Made by a program: the position numbers and the translations under genes. Under the pieces are notes generated by a model. It was not told the DNA's origin. It ran no database searches and saw only the letters and a list, made by a program, of their open reading frames with translations. From Hyalangium minutum (GTDB lineage: Bacteria; Myxococcota; Myxococcia; Myxococcales; Myxococcaceae), in the NCBI RefSeq assembly GCF_000737315.1, contig NZ_JMCB01000034.1:1-64000 (forward strand): a DNA stretch of 64,000 nt, read 5' to 3'. Shown here piece by piece: positions 27,901 through 38,100 of this stretch (position 1 is the stretch's first letter; each line of letters opens with the position of its first letter).

Positions 27901-30398
27901 CTGACGAGGAAGAGCGGTCGATCCAGCTCGTGCTGTCTCCAGACGCCCGGAAGCCATCGCGCTTCGAGCTGTTCGCCGCGATCGAAGGAGCAGACGCCGA
28001 GGCCGATTGGGAGCTCTGTGCCGAAGGCTCATTCCACACGAGGGGGCCGACGGCGGCCCCGGCTCGCCTCGATGTCAGCGCACAACGCCAGCGGCTCTCG
28101 CCTGTGGCGGAGGCGGAGATCGCGGCCCGGGTCGACGCAGCGGGTCCGTCCCCCTGGACGACCACGCTCCACTCCGGCCAGGGAGAGATCCTGTGCGGGA
28201 TCCGCGCTCCTCAGCCCGGCGATCGCCTCGATCGGTTCCGGCTCCACCCGGATCCCCTCAACGAGGCCATCGCGGCACTCCTCCGCAGCTTCGGCATCGA
28301 GAAGAACACCTACGCGCCCGTGGCATTCGGCCAGGTGCACTTCCTCTCGAGCGCGCACGGTCCCGTTTGGATCCACGGCACCGTGGAGCGGCGCGAGCAG
28401 GCCGGGCGCACCAGCTTGAGCGCCAACCTGTGCCTCTACGACGAGGCGGGACAACCGCTGGCGGCGCTGTCGGACCTGACCTTCGTGCCGGCGTCGCTCG
28501 AGGCGCAGCTCCGCAAGAGCGTTGGCCTGCTCCGGAGCTCCCGCTATGAGCTGGCCTGGCAGCCCCTGGAGCTCGCTTCTCCCGCTCGCAAGCGTGCCCC
28601 CGGAAGCTGGCTCATCTTCCAGGATCGCTCCGGAGTGACCGAAGCGTTGGCTCAGCTGCTCGAAGCGGAGGGCCACCGCTGCGTGCGCGTCGAGCACGAC
28701 ACGGAAGATCCCCGGACCACGCGCTACGATCAGCTCGTCGCGAGCAACTCCGGGACTCCTCCCCTCGTGGGTGCGATCTACGGCCGGGCGCTGGAAGCCA
28801 ATGGCCTGGAGACCTGCGCCGGTGCGCTGCGGTTGGTCCAGGCGCTCGCGACGGTGCCGGGCGCGCGGCTCTGGATTCCCACCCGGGGCGCATGGTCCGT
28901 GGCGGAGGGAGATCAGCTCGGCTCGCCCGATGCGGCAGCGCTCTGGGGGTTCGGCCGGGTCGTCGCCAGTGAGCATCCGGAGCTGGCCACCCGCCTGATC
29001 GAGCTCGATCCACGGCTGGCCCCGGAGACCTGCGCCCGCCAGTTCCTCCGCGCCATCTCCGGTGAGAGCACGGAGGATCAGCTCGCCTTCCGCGGTGACC
29101 GCACCCTGGGCCTCAGGCTGAAGCGAGCCCGTGCGGCGTCCAGCACGGCTCCCGTGACCTTGTCCCCTGAGGCGACCTACGCCATCACCGGTGGCTGGGG
29201 AGACCTGGGCCTCGCGGTGGCCGAGTGGATGGTACAGAACGGTGCCCGCCACCTCGTCCTGCTGGGGCGCTCCCAGCCCTCGGAAGAGGGGGCGCGGACC
29301 CTCCGCCGGCTCGAGGAGCAGGGAGCCCGCATCCTGCTGGCACGCGCCGATGTGAACAATGAGGCCGCGCTGCGCGAGGCGCTCGACCGGGCAGAGCGCG
29401 AGCTGTCCCCTCTGCGCGGCATCATCCACGCCGCGGGCCAACCGCACGAGACGCTCATCCGCAACCAGGAGTGGGCGGACTTCGAGCGGGTCTTCGCGTC
29501 CAAGGCCTCCGGAGCCTGGAACCTGCACCTGGCGACCCAGAACCGGAAGCTCGACTTCTTCATCCTGTTCTCATCCATCGCCGGCACGCTCGGGTTCGGC
29601 GGCATGGGCAGCTACGCGGCGGCCAACGCCTATCTGGACGCGCTCGCTGCCTACCGCCAGCAGCGCGGACTGCCAGCGCTGAGCATCGCATGGGGCCTGT
29701 GGGATCGCGGCCTGAGCGAGGATCGGGCCCGGCGCTCGGAGGGAATCGGGCTTCGGGCCTTCCCCACCGACGAGGGCCTGCAGGCGCTCGGGGCGCTCCT
29801 CGGGGAGAAGGGGCCGCAGGTCATCGTGGCCTCGATGGACTGGAGCCGCCACGCTGCCCAGCGGGCCGGGAGCGGAGTCCCGCCGCTGCTCACCGAAGTA
29901 GCGGGAGCCCTCACGCGCGACCCTGCACGCAAGGGCCGGCTGGAGGAGCTGAGCCAGAAGCTCGCCCCGCTGGCCGGGAGCGATCGCGAGCACGCGGTGC
30001 GCGAGTACGTGAACGGGCTGGTGGCACAGACGCTCGGCTACCCGCCGCACCACCCGTTCGATCACAAGCGCGGACTGTTCGATCTGGGGTTCGACTCGCT
30101 GATGGCGATGGAGTTCCGGCGGCGGCTCTCCGCGGACCTGGGCCGCCCGTTCCCCGCCACGTTGGCCTTCGATCACCCCAGCATCCAAGCCTTGGCGGCG
30201 CACCTGCTGGCCAGCGTCTTCGCTCCGGGCGAGGCCACCGCCCCCCCACAGACGCCGACGCGAAGCACCCCTCCTCCGGCTCCCGTTCCTGGCACCGACC
30301 TGAACGCCGCGGAGATCGCGAAGCTCTCCGAGGCGGAGGTGGCGTCGCAGATCCGGGCCATCTTCGACTCGCTGTACCCCCCTCCCCCGAGGCGTTGA
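24939..30398 (+). CDS. Modular type I PKS: KS-AT(methylmalonyl-type)-DH(probably inactive)-KR-ACP
   Basis: 1819 aa. [10 protein letters not shown]; AT GQSMG/DYASHS; DH HHFEGGVLAP but HPDPLNE in place of HPALLD; KR GGWGDLG, SYAAAN, no LDD; ACP LGFDSLMA. Confidence 0.96.
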   Translation: MTPDPNNLRELLERATVQVKKLRAENKSLRGAREEPIAIIGMACRFPGAKDLQEYWRLLSHGVDAIREIPPERWPAGPETEELPAVRWAGLLDSVDGFDAEFHGISPREAASLDPQQRLLLEVSWEALEDALQPVSGLMGAPVGVFVGMSSVDYQHHMLARPPEELDGYSATGTMTSVAAGRIAYTLGLQGPCAAVDTACSSSLVAVHLACQSLRDGESQLALAGGVNLLLSHDWMVAAGRTQSLSPDGRCRTFDAGANGFVRGEGCGILVLKRLSDALRDGDRIWALLRGSAINHDGRSGGLTVPNVLSQQALLRKALEAARVTAAQVGYVEAHGTGTSIGDPIELEAIKAVLGAPRENGAPCAVGSVKTNVGHLEAAAGVAGIIKVALSLKHQAIPRHLHFRTLNPRISLEGTPLVIPTEGLPWKSGEAPRFAGVSSFGISGTNAHVILEEAPAEPPSAPVTWDDSKGVLLPLSARSTPALRSLALSYAQLLDSGSFDSLLPQLSFSAGTRRSHHPHRLAVAGRSPQELAASLRSFSEQPSSQPRSSAPRIAFVFPGQGSQWLGMGRQLYSSEPVFRQALDSFDAAVLKLSGWSILQELFSDAPHPRLLSDVDVIQPCIVALQLALASLWRSWGVVPEVVIGQSMGEVSAACFAGALSLEDAARVICARSSLAKRTSGQGAMATVELSSEQLTPLLEPSVSIAAINGPSSCLVSGEAAAIHRLVSSLSSSGVFCRPVKVDYASHSPQMEPLRQPLLDALHGVSGLNSLIPLRSTVTNSWLDGSQLGPDYWFSNLRQPVLLFPAVHSLLSEDSIDLLLEISPHPVLIPSLEQAVSLAKVDCAVLPSLRREQPERFTLLSSLAALFSRGLNPLFSNLLPPSLKPLPLPSYPWQRQRHWLPASKSQSARTDDHLPPGKRVQSPALEGVLYESRLRPDSLSCFESHHFEGGVLAPATWMLSLALAAARDCLGDGEVVLREVTIPRPLFIPDEEERSIQLVLSPDARKPSRFELFAAIEGADAEADWELCAEGSFHTRGPTAAPARLDVSAQRQRLSPVAEAEIAARVDAAGPSPWTTTLHSGQGEILCGIRAPQPGDRLDRFRLHPDPLNEAIAALLRSFGIEKNTYAPVAFGQVHFLSSAHGPVWIHGTVERREQAGRTSLSANLCLYDEAGQPLAALSDLTFVPASLEAQLRKSVGLLRSSRYELAWQPLELASPARKRAPGSWLIFQDRSGVTEALAQLLEAEGHRCVRVEHDTEDPRTTRYDQLVASNSGTPPLVGAIYGRALEANGLETCAGALRLVQALATVPGARLWIPTRGAWSVAEGDQLGSPDAAALWGFGRVVASEHPELATRLIELDPRLAPETCARQFLRAISGESTEDQLAFRGDRTLGLRLKRARAASSTAPVTLSPEATYAITGGWGDLGLAVAEWMVQNGARHLVLLGRSQPSEEGARTLRRLEEQGARILLARADVNNEAALREALDRAERELSPLRGIIHAAGQPHETLIRNQEWADFERVFASKASGAWNLHLATQNRKLDFFILFSSIAGTLGFGGMGSYAAANAYLDALAAYRQQRGLPALSIAWGLWDRGLSEDRARRSEGIGLRAFPTDEGLQALGALLGEKGPQVIVASMDWSRHAAQRAGSGVPPLLTEVAGALTRDPARKGRLEELSQKLAPLAGSDREHAVREYVNGLVAQTLGYPPHHPFDHKRGLFDLGFDSLMAMEFRRRLSADLGRPFPATLAFDHPSIQALAAHLLASVFAPGEATAPPQTPTRSTPPPAPVPGTDLNAAEIAKLSEAEVASQIRAIFDSLYPPPPRR
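26241..27632 (+). repeat. AT cassette copy 2, near-identical to 19687-21078
   Basis: Same alignment, offset 6554. Confidence 0.94.
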
Positions 30399-30404
30399 GA
30401 CACC

Positions 30405-33400
30405 ATGGCACCCCCACTGCCAAGAGAAGGGCTCACCCCGCTCCAGCAGGCACTCCTTGCCCTCAAGGAGATGCAGCGCCGCCTGGACGCCCAACACGAG
30501 CCCATCGCCATCGTCGGGATCGGCTGCCGGTTTCCCGGCGGCGTTTCCGGCCCTGAGGCCTACTGGAAGCTCCTCTGCGACGGAGTGGACGCGACGGGCG
30601 AAGCTCCGAGCGGCCGCTGGGATGCCGATCGCCTCTTCGATCCAGATCCCACCACTCCCGGCAAGCTGCACGTCCGCCGGGGTGCCTTCCTGAATGACAT
30701 CGAGTCCTTCGACCCGTCCTTTTTCGGCATCTCCCCCCGAGAGGCGGCGAGGATGGACCCGCAGCAGCGGCTCCTGCTGGAGGGAGTCTGGGAGGCGCTC
30801 GAGGACGCAGGACAGCCGACCGAGCAGCTCATCGACTCGGACACCGGCGTCTTCATCAGCGGAGCCCCGAGCCAGTACCTCCAACGCTTCAGCGACAACC
30901 TGACCGAGTTCGATGCCTACGCGCTGACGGGCAACATCCCCTGCACCCTGTCCGGCCGCGTCTCGTACGTGCTGGGACTGCGGGGGCCGAACCTCTACAT
31001 CGATACCGGCTGCTCGGCCTCGCTGGTCGCCATCCACCTGGCGTGCCAGAGCCTGCGCTCTCGCGAGTGCCAGCTGGCGCTCGCCGGAGGTGTCAACGTC
31101 ATTATGTCCGCGGACATGATGGTGGGACTCTGCAAGACGGGAGCACTGGCACCCGACGGGCGGTGCAAGACCTTCGATGCCTCGGCGAACGGCTTCGCGC
31201 GCGGAGAGGGCTGCGGCGTGGTGGTGCTCAAGCGACTCTCCGACGCGGTGGCGAACGGTGATCGCATCATCGCGCTGGTGCGCGGCTCCGCGGTGAACCA
31301 CGACGGCCGCAGCAGCGGGCTGACGGTCCCCAGTGGACCCGCGCAGCAACAGCTCATCCGCAGGGCACTCGAGAGCGCCCAGGTGTCACCCGCGGACGTC
31401 AGCTATGTCGAGTCGCACGGCACGGGCACCGAGCTGGGCGATCCCATCGAGGTAGGCGCGCTCGCGGCGGTGTATGGGCGTCTGTCTGGCAGACCGTCCC
31501 CCTGCGTCCTCGGGGCGGTGAAGAGCAACCTGGGTCACCTGGAGGCAGCCGCCGGCATCGCGGGCTTCATCAAGGCCGCGCTCAGCGTCAACCGGGGGGA
31601 GATCCCTCCCAATATCCACTTTTCGCAACCCAACCCGAAGCTGCCGGTGGAGGACGAGCCCTTCGAGTTCCCGACTCGCCTGACGCCCTGGCCGGCCGCG
31701 GAGCAGCGGTTCGCCGCAGTGAGCTCCTTCGGGCTCGGCGGGACCAACGTGCACATCATCCTGGAGCAGCCTCCCGCTGCTTCGGAGCAGACTCCTCGCT
31801 CCGCCGAGGAGCGGCCGGTCCATGTGCTCGCGCTGTCCGCCAAGAGCGAAGAGGCGCTTGTGGAGCAGGCGCGGCGGTTCTCTGCCTACCTGGCCGCGCA
31901 CCCCGAGCTGAGCGCCGCGGACGTGTGCCACTCCGCCAACCGCGGACGCACGCGCTTCGCCCACCGGCTCTCCTTGACAGGGGCCTCGGCGGAGGAGCTC
32001 CGTCGCGAGCTGGACGCGTTCGCGGCGTCCTCACCTGGGCGCGGGCTCGTGCGCGGGGTGGTGGACGACAGCCGCCGTCCGAAGATCGCCTTCCTCTTCA
32101 CTGGGCAGGGCTCTCAGTACGTGGGGATGGGGCGCGAGCTGTACGCAACGCAGCCTGTCTTCCGCGAGGCCATCGACCGCTGTGCCTCCCTGCTGGAGGG
32201 CAAGCTGTCCGCTCCGCTCACCTCCCTGCTGTTCAACGAGGAGAGCCCGGCCGACCAGACGGGCAACGCGCAACCCGCCCTCTTCGCGGTGGAGTACGCC
32301 CTGAGCGAGCTGTGGCGCTCGTGGGGCATCGTGCCGGACGCCGTGGTGGGCCATAGCGTCGGGGAGATCGTCGCGGCCTGTGTCGCGGGGGTGCTCACGC
32401 TGGAGGATGGGCTGACGCTCATCGCCGAGCGGGCCCGGCTGATGCAGTCGCTCCCGTCCGGAGGCGCGATGATGGCCCTTCGCGCCACGCCCGAGCGTGT
32501 CCAGGCGGCCCTCGTGCCGTACGCGCAGACGGTGTCCATCGCCGCCATCAACGGGCCGGATCGGGTCGTCATCTCGGGCGAGCGCGCTGCGGTCTCGGCG
32601 ATCGCGGCCACACTCGCCTCCGAGGGAATCGAGGCCAAAGAGCTGCGCGTCTCGCACGCCTTCCACTCACCGCTGATGGAGCCGGTACTGGAGCCGTTCC
32701 AGCAGGCGATCCAGGCGCTGACCTTCTCCCCGGCGCGAATCCCCTGGCTGACGAACCTGACGGGCAAGGCTCAGGAACGCGTCGACTCCGCGTACTGGGT
32801 CCGGCAGATCCGCGAGCCGGTCCGATTCGGGGACGCGATGGCCACGCTGGCGGAGATGGGCTGCGAGCTGTTCGTCGAGCTCGGCCCGCACCCCACGCTC
32901 TTGGGGCTGGCTGCGGAGTGCCTGCCCGAGGAGCGCTTCACGGGCTGCCCCTCGCTCCGGCGCGGTCAGGCGGACACGCGGATCATCACGGGGAGTGTCG
33001 CGCGCCTGCACGTGGCGGGAGCGGCCATCGACTGGCGCGGCTTCGACGCGCCCTATTCACGGAAACTCGTTCCGCTGCCCACGTACCCCTTCCAGCGGCA
33101 GCGCCACTGGGTGGAGTTCACACCCGCCCGGTCCGTTGCCTCCGCACCGGCTCCGGCCGCCGAAGCCGACCAGGAGGCCTGGTATCACGCGCTGGAGTGG
33201 CGAGAGGCGCCGGTCCCTGCGAGCCCGCCCGCGTTCTCGGAGAAGGGGCACTGGATCGTCTTCGCCGACCGGGGTGGCGTGGCCAAGGCTCTGACACGCC
33301 AACTCGCGGAGAGAGGCGAGAGTTATCGGCTGGTGCGCCCACTCGGCGCAGAAGGCACGGGTGTGGACGAAGTCTGCGTCGATCCTCAAGTCTCCGAGGA

Positions 33401-35108
33401 GCTCGAGGCGCTGCTCACCCGCGAGCGCCAGGAGGCGGGTAGACCCCTCCGCGGGATCGTCCACCTCTGGAGCCTCGACGCCCCCTCTACGCCGGAGTTG
33501 ACGGACGAGACGCTGGCGCACGCGCAGCAACTGAGCTGCGGCAGCACCCTCCATCTGATCCAAGCCCTGGCGCGCAGCGGCACTGAAGAGGGCTGCCGGC
33601 TGTGGTTGGTGACCCGCGAAGCCATGGAAGCAGGCGGGCGCGCGAGCCTCTCGGTGGCCCAGGCGCCGCTGTGGGGCCTGGCCGGGGTCATCGCGGCGGA
33701 GCACCCGGATCTGTGGGGCGGAGCGATCGATCTGGAGCAAGCACCGGAAGACATCCTGGCCGCGAGACTCCTCGCGGAGCTCAGCTCGAGGGACGGAGAG
33801 GATCGCATCGCGTGGCGCGAAGGCCGTCGCCTCGCAGCCCGCCTGGTGCGCACCACGCCTGCGCCCAAGCAGGTCCTCACGATCAGACCGGACGCGACCT
33901 ACCTCGTGACAGGAGGGCTCGGCGCGCTGGGACTCGCCACCGCCCGCTGGCTCGTCGAGCGGGGCGCGCGGCATGTGGCCCTGGCCGGCCGAAGCAGGAA
34001 CGAACAGGCCACAGGCCCCATCCAGGAGCTGGAACGCTCGGGCGCCACGGTTCGCGTCTACCAGGCTGACATCTCCGAACAGACCCAGGTGAAAGCGCTC
34101 CTGGCCTCCATCGCCCAGGAGGGCCCGGCGCTGCGCGGCATCCTCCACGCCGCCGGAGTGGTGGAGGACGGCTTGCTGCTCAACCAGCGGTGGGACCGGT
34201 TCGCGTCCGTGCTCGCCCCCAAGGTGCGCGGCACCTGGAACCTCCACGCCGCGGCTCCGGCGCTCGACTTCTTCATCTCCTTCTCCTCGGTGTCCTCGCT
34301 GCTCGGCGCGCCCGGCCAGGGCAACTACGCGGCGGGCAACGCGTTCCTGGACGCGCTGGCCCACCATCGGCGTGCACAGGGAGCTCCCGCGCTCAGCATC
34401 CACTGGGGTCCGTGGGAGGTCGGCATGATGGCGCGGCTGGACGAGCGCCTCCGGAAACGCGCCGCTGGGCGCGGCTGGGGTGTCCTCTCCGTCGCGCAGG
34501 GCCTCCAAGCGCTGGACCGGGTCATCGGCGATGGACGCGCGGAGCTGGCCGTCCTGCCAATGGACTGGACATCCCTCGGAGAGGCGGGAGGCCGCGTGCC
34601 TCCGCTGGTCCGCGAGCTCGTCCAGTCCGGCGGGAGTGGATCGGCGGCCCCGAAGCCCGACCCGGTGCGCATCCTGCGCGAAGCCCTCCAGGCCGCACCG
34701 CCGGCCGAGCGGCCGCAGATGGTCGAGCTCCAAGTCGGCCGAGAGGTCCGCAGCGTCCTCGGGCTCGACTCGGGAGAGGGCGGTGGGCATCTCGATCCAC
34801 GCCACCGTTTCTCCGAGCTGGGCATGGACTCGCTCATGGCCGTCGAGCTCAAGAACCGGCTCCAGCGCGAGCTGGGCGTGCGGCTGTCGCCCACCACCAT
34901 CTTCAACTACCCCAGCGTGGCCGCGCTGACGGCGCACCTCCTGGAGCTGCTGGCCTCGTCTGACCTGTTCCCTCAAGCGACCCGGCCGCCATCTACGGCG
35001 CCTCAGGCCGCGCCCACGGAGGCCCTGCCCGAGGCTCCCGTGCCCGACGATCTCTCCGATGAAGCGCTGATCGCCCTCATCGCCCGTAAATACGAATCCC
35101 GCAGCTGA
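30405..35108 (+). CDS. Modular type I PKS: KS-AT(malonyl)-KR-ACP
   Basis: 1567 aa. [25 protein letters not shown]; AT GHSVG and SHAFHS; no DH region; KR GGLGALG, VED, NYAAGN; [11 protein letters not shown]. Confidence 0.96.
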   Translation: MAPPLPREGLTPLQQALLALKEMQRRLDAQHEPIAIVGIGCRFPGGVSGPEAYWKLLCDGVDATGEAPSGRWDADRLFDPDPTTPGKLHVRRGAFLNDIESFDPSFFGISPREAARMDPQQRLLLEGVWEALEDAGQPTEQLIDSDTGVFISGAPSQYLQRFSDNLTEFDAYALTGNIPCTLSGRVSYVLGLRGPNLYIDTGCSASLVAIHLACQSLRSRECQLALAGGVNVIMSADMMVGLCKTGALAPDGRCKTFDASANGFARGEGCGVVVLKRLSDAVANGDRIIALVRGSAVNHDGRSSGLTVPSGPAQQQLIRRALESAQVSPADVSYVESHGTGTELGDPIEVGALAAVYGRLSGRPSPCVLGAVKSNLGHLEAAAGIAGFIKAALSVNRGEIPPNIHFSQPNPKLPVEDEPFEFPTRLTPWPAAEQRFAAVSSFGLGGTNVHIILEQPPAASEQTPRSAEERPVHVLALSAKSEEALVEQARRFSAYLAAHPELSAADVCHSANRGRTRFAHRLSLTGASAEELRRELDAFAASSPGRGLVRGVVDDSRRPKIAFLFTGQGSQYVGMGRELYATQPVFREAIDRCASLLEGKLSAPLTSLLFNEESPADQTGNAQPALFAVEYALSELWRSWGIVPDAVVGHSVGEIVAACVAGVLTLEDGLTLIAERARLMQSLPSGGAMMALRATPERVQAALVPYAQTVSIAAINGPDRVVISGERAAVSAIAATLASEGIEAKELRVSHAFHSPLMEPVLEPFQQAIQALTFSPARIPWLTNLTGKAQERVDSAYWVRQIREPVRFGDAMATLAEMGCELFVELGPHPTLLGLAAECLPEERFTGCPSLRRGQADTRIITGSVARLHVAGAAIDWRGFDAPYSRKLVPLPTYPFQRQRHWVEFTPARSVASAPAPAAEADQEAWYHALEWREAPVPASPPAFSEKGHWIVFADRGGVAKALTRQLAERGESYRLVRPLGAEGTGVDEVCVDPQVSEELEALLTRERQEAGRPLRGIVHLWSLDAPSTPELTDETLAHAQQLSCGSTLHLIQALARSGTEEGCRLWLVTREAMEAGGRASLSVAQAPLWGLAGVIAAEHPDLWGGAIDLEQAPEDILAARLLAELSSRDGEDRIAWREGRRLAARLVRTTPAPKQVLTIRPDATYLVTGGLGALGLATARWLVERGARHVALAGRSRNEQATGPIQELERSGATVRVYQADISEQTQVKALLASIAQEGPALRGILHAAGVVEDGLLLNQRWDRFASVLAPKVRGTWNLHAAAPALDFFISFSSVSSLLGAPGQGNYAAGNAFLDALAHHRRAQGAPALSIHWGPWEVGMMARLDERLRKRAAGRGWGVLSVAQGLQALDRVIGDGRAELAVLPMDWTSLGEAGGRVPPLVRELVQSGGSGSAAPKPDPVRILREALQAAPPAERPQMVELQVGREVRSVLGLDSGEGGGHLDPRHRFSELGMDSLMAVELKNRLQRELGVRLSPTTIFNYPSVAALTAHLLELLASSDLFPQATRPPSTAPQAAPTEALPEAPVPDDLSDEALIALIARKYESRS

Positions 35109-35113
35109 GCACC

Positions 35114-38100
35114 ATGGCCCCCCAGAAACCCGCCCCCTCGCCCCTGCAACAAGCGTTCTTCGTCATCCGCGACCTGGAGTCCAAGGTGGCGGCGCTGACC
35201 TCGGAGCCAATCGCCATCGTCGGCATGGCGTGCCGCTTCCCCGGCGGCTCCAACACTCCGGAGGCCTTCTGGGATTTGCTCGAGAAGGGCCGGGACGGCG
35301 TGGTGGACGTGCCCGCGAACCGCTGGGACGTGGGTGCCACCTTTGATCCGGACCCGGACGCACCGGGGAAGATGTACACCCGCCAGGCAGGGTTCCTCGG
35401 CCCCATCGATCAGTTCGATGCCCGCTTCTTCGGCATCTCCCCGCGAGAGGCGATCCACATGGATCCCCAGCAGCGGCTGCTGCTCGAGGTCAGCTGGGAA
35501 GCGCTCGAGCGCGCCGGAGTGGCACCTGGGGGCCTCTCGGAGACACGGACGGGCGTGTTCGTGGGCGCGAGCCCCAGTGACTACGCGCAGCTCCACTTCC
35601 ACGCGGGGGATCCGTCCGTCATTGACGTCTACGACGGCACGGGCAACGCGAGCTGCTTCACCGCGGGCCGGCTCTCGTACGTGTTGGGCGTGCAGGGCCC
35701 GAGCCTCATGGTGGATACGGCGTGCTCCTCGTCGCTGGTGGCCGTGCACCTGGCCTGCCGCAGCCTGCGCAGCGGAGAGTGCGACGTGGCGCTCGCGGGC
35801 GGCGTCCAGCTCATGGTGACGCCCGAGACCTTCATCTTCCTCTCTCGGGCGCGCGCCCTGGCACCGGATGGCCGGTGCAAGCCGTTCGATGCCTCCGCGA
35901 ACGGGTACGGCCGAGGAGAAGGCTGCGGCGTCGTTGTCCTGAAGCGCCTGTCCGCGGCCCAGGCCGCGGGCGATCGCATCCTGGCCGTCATCCGGGGCTC
36001 GGCCGTCAACCATGATGGGCCGAGCAGCGGGCTCACGGTCCCCAATGGGCGCGCCCAGCAGGCGCTCTTGCGCAGTGCCCTGGAGACCGCCGGTGTCTCG
36101 CCTACGGACGTCGGCTACGTCGAGGCGCACGGCACCGGCACGTCGCTCGGGGACCCCATCGAAGCAGACGCCCTGGCCGCAGTGCTCGGTACGGGGCGCT
36201 CGCCCCAGAAGCCGCTGTGGATTGGCTCCGTCAAGAGCAACATCGGCCACCTGGAGTCCGCGGCGGGCATCGCCGGGCTGATGAAGGCCGTGCTCACGCT
36301 GAAGCACCGGATGGTGCCCCCAAGCCTGCACTTCTCCCGCCCCAACCCGCACATCGCCTGGGATGAGCTGCCCCTGCGCGTCCCCACTGCCCCCATGGCC
36401 TGGGAGGAGAATGGCAAGCCCCGCATCGCGGGCGTCAGCTCGTTCGGCCTGAGCGGCACCAACGCCCATATCGTCCTCGAGGAGGCGCCCTCGACAGAGA
36501 GCCCCGCTGTGAATTCCGCCGAGGGTCCTCGGGTCCTGTCCCTGTCCGGACGCTCGCCCTCGGCGCTGGAGGCGCTCGCCTCGTCCTGGAGCGAGGCCCT
36601 GAAATCACCCTCGCTCGAAGGATCGCTGGAGGCCATTGCCTATACCGCGGGCGTACGCCGCACCCACCACGAGCATCGTCTGGCGGTCATCGGGAGCACT
36701 CGCGCCGAGTGGGCCACGGGGCTGGAGGCCTTCCTCCGCGGCGCCGCTCACCCGGGCGTGGTCTCGGGGCACGCGGAGCCGGGAGCACCCGCGAAGGTCG
36801 TCTTCATCTTCCCCGGCCAGGGCTCGCAGTGGATCGGCATGGGGCGCGAGCTGATGGCCTCGGAGCCGGTCTTCCGCGAGGCGCTCAGCGCGTGCGCCGA
36901 GGCCTTCCGTCCCTACGCACAGTTCTCCCTGCTGGAGGTGCTCCAGGCCAGCGACACGGCGCAGCTGGAGCGGATCGACGTCATCCAACCCGTCCTCTTC
37001 GCCATCGAAGTAGGGTTGGCGAAGCTCTGGCGCGCCTGGGGCGTGGAGCCGGCTGCGGTGGTGGGCCACAGCATGGGTGAGGTGGCGGCGGCGCACATCG
37101 CAGGGGCGCTCTCGCTGGAGGACGCGGCGCGGGTCATCTGCGAGCGCAGCAAGCTCATGCTCCGGCTTCGGGGCGCCGGGGCGATGGCCGTCGTGGAGCT
37201 GCCAGCGGACGAGGCCGAAGCGGCCCTCGGAAGCGAGAAGGACCGCGTGTCCATCGCGGCGAGCAACAGCCCTCGCTCGACGGTGCTCTCGGGTGACACC
37301 GCCGCCATCGACGCGCTGGTGAAGCGGTTCGAGGCGCTCGGCGTATTCGCGCGGCGGGTCAAGGTGGACGTCGCCTCGCACAGCTCGCAGGTGGATCCGA
37401 TCCTGGAGGAGCTGCGTGGCAAGCTCGCAGGCCTCCAGCCGCGCCCCGGCATCCTCCCCCTCTTCTCTACGGTCACCCGCGAGCGGACGGACGGAGCCTC
37501 CTTCGATGCGGGCTACTGGGTGCGCAACCTCCGCGATCCCGTGCACTTCTCGCACGCCATCCAGAGCCTCCAGCAGAGCGGGCACACGCTCTTCCTGGAG
37601 ATCAGCCCCCACCCCATCCTCTTGGCGTCGGTCGAGCAGACGCTGAAGGGGAACACCGCGGCACGCGTGCTCCCATCGCTGCGCCGCGAGCGTCCCGAGC
37701 GCTCCAGCCTGTTGGAGTCCCTGGCCACGTTGTACACGCGCGGGTACGCGCTCGACTGGCGCAAGCTGCACTCCGCGCCTCTGCCTGTCGTGGGGATGCC
37801 CACCTACCCGTGGCAGCGGGAGCGACTCTGGGTCAGCCGCCCGGCACGCCAGGGAACGGCGGTGGACGTGGACACCTCCGCCGTCCGGCCACTCGCCGGG
37901 GACCGGCTGCTCACACCCGGCGAGGAGATCCACTTCGTCCGCAAGGTGAGCGGGGTGGACATGCCCTACCTGGAAGATCACCGCGTCTTCGGCGAGGTCG
38001 TCGTCCCCGGCGCCTTCCACCTGGCCACCCTGCTCTCGGTGGCGGACGAGCTGGTGGGCCCAGGGGGCTGTGTCGTGGAGGCGCTGGCGTTCGCGCAGGC

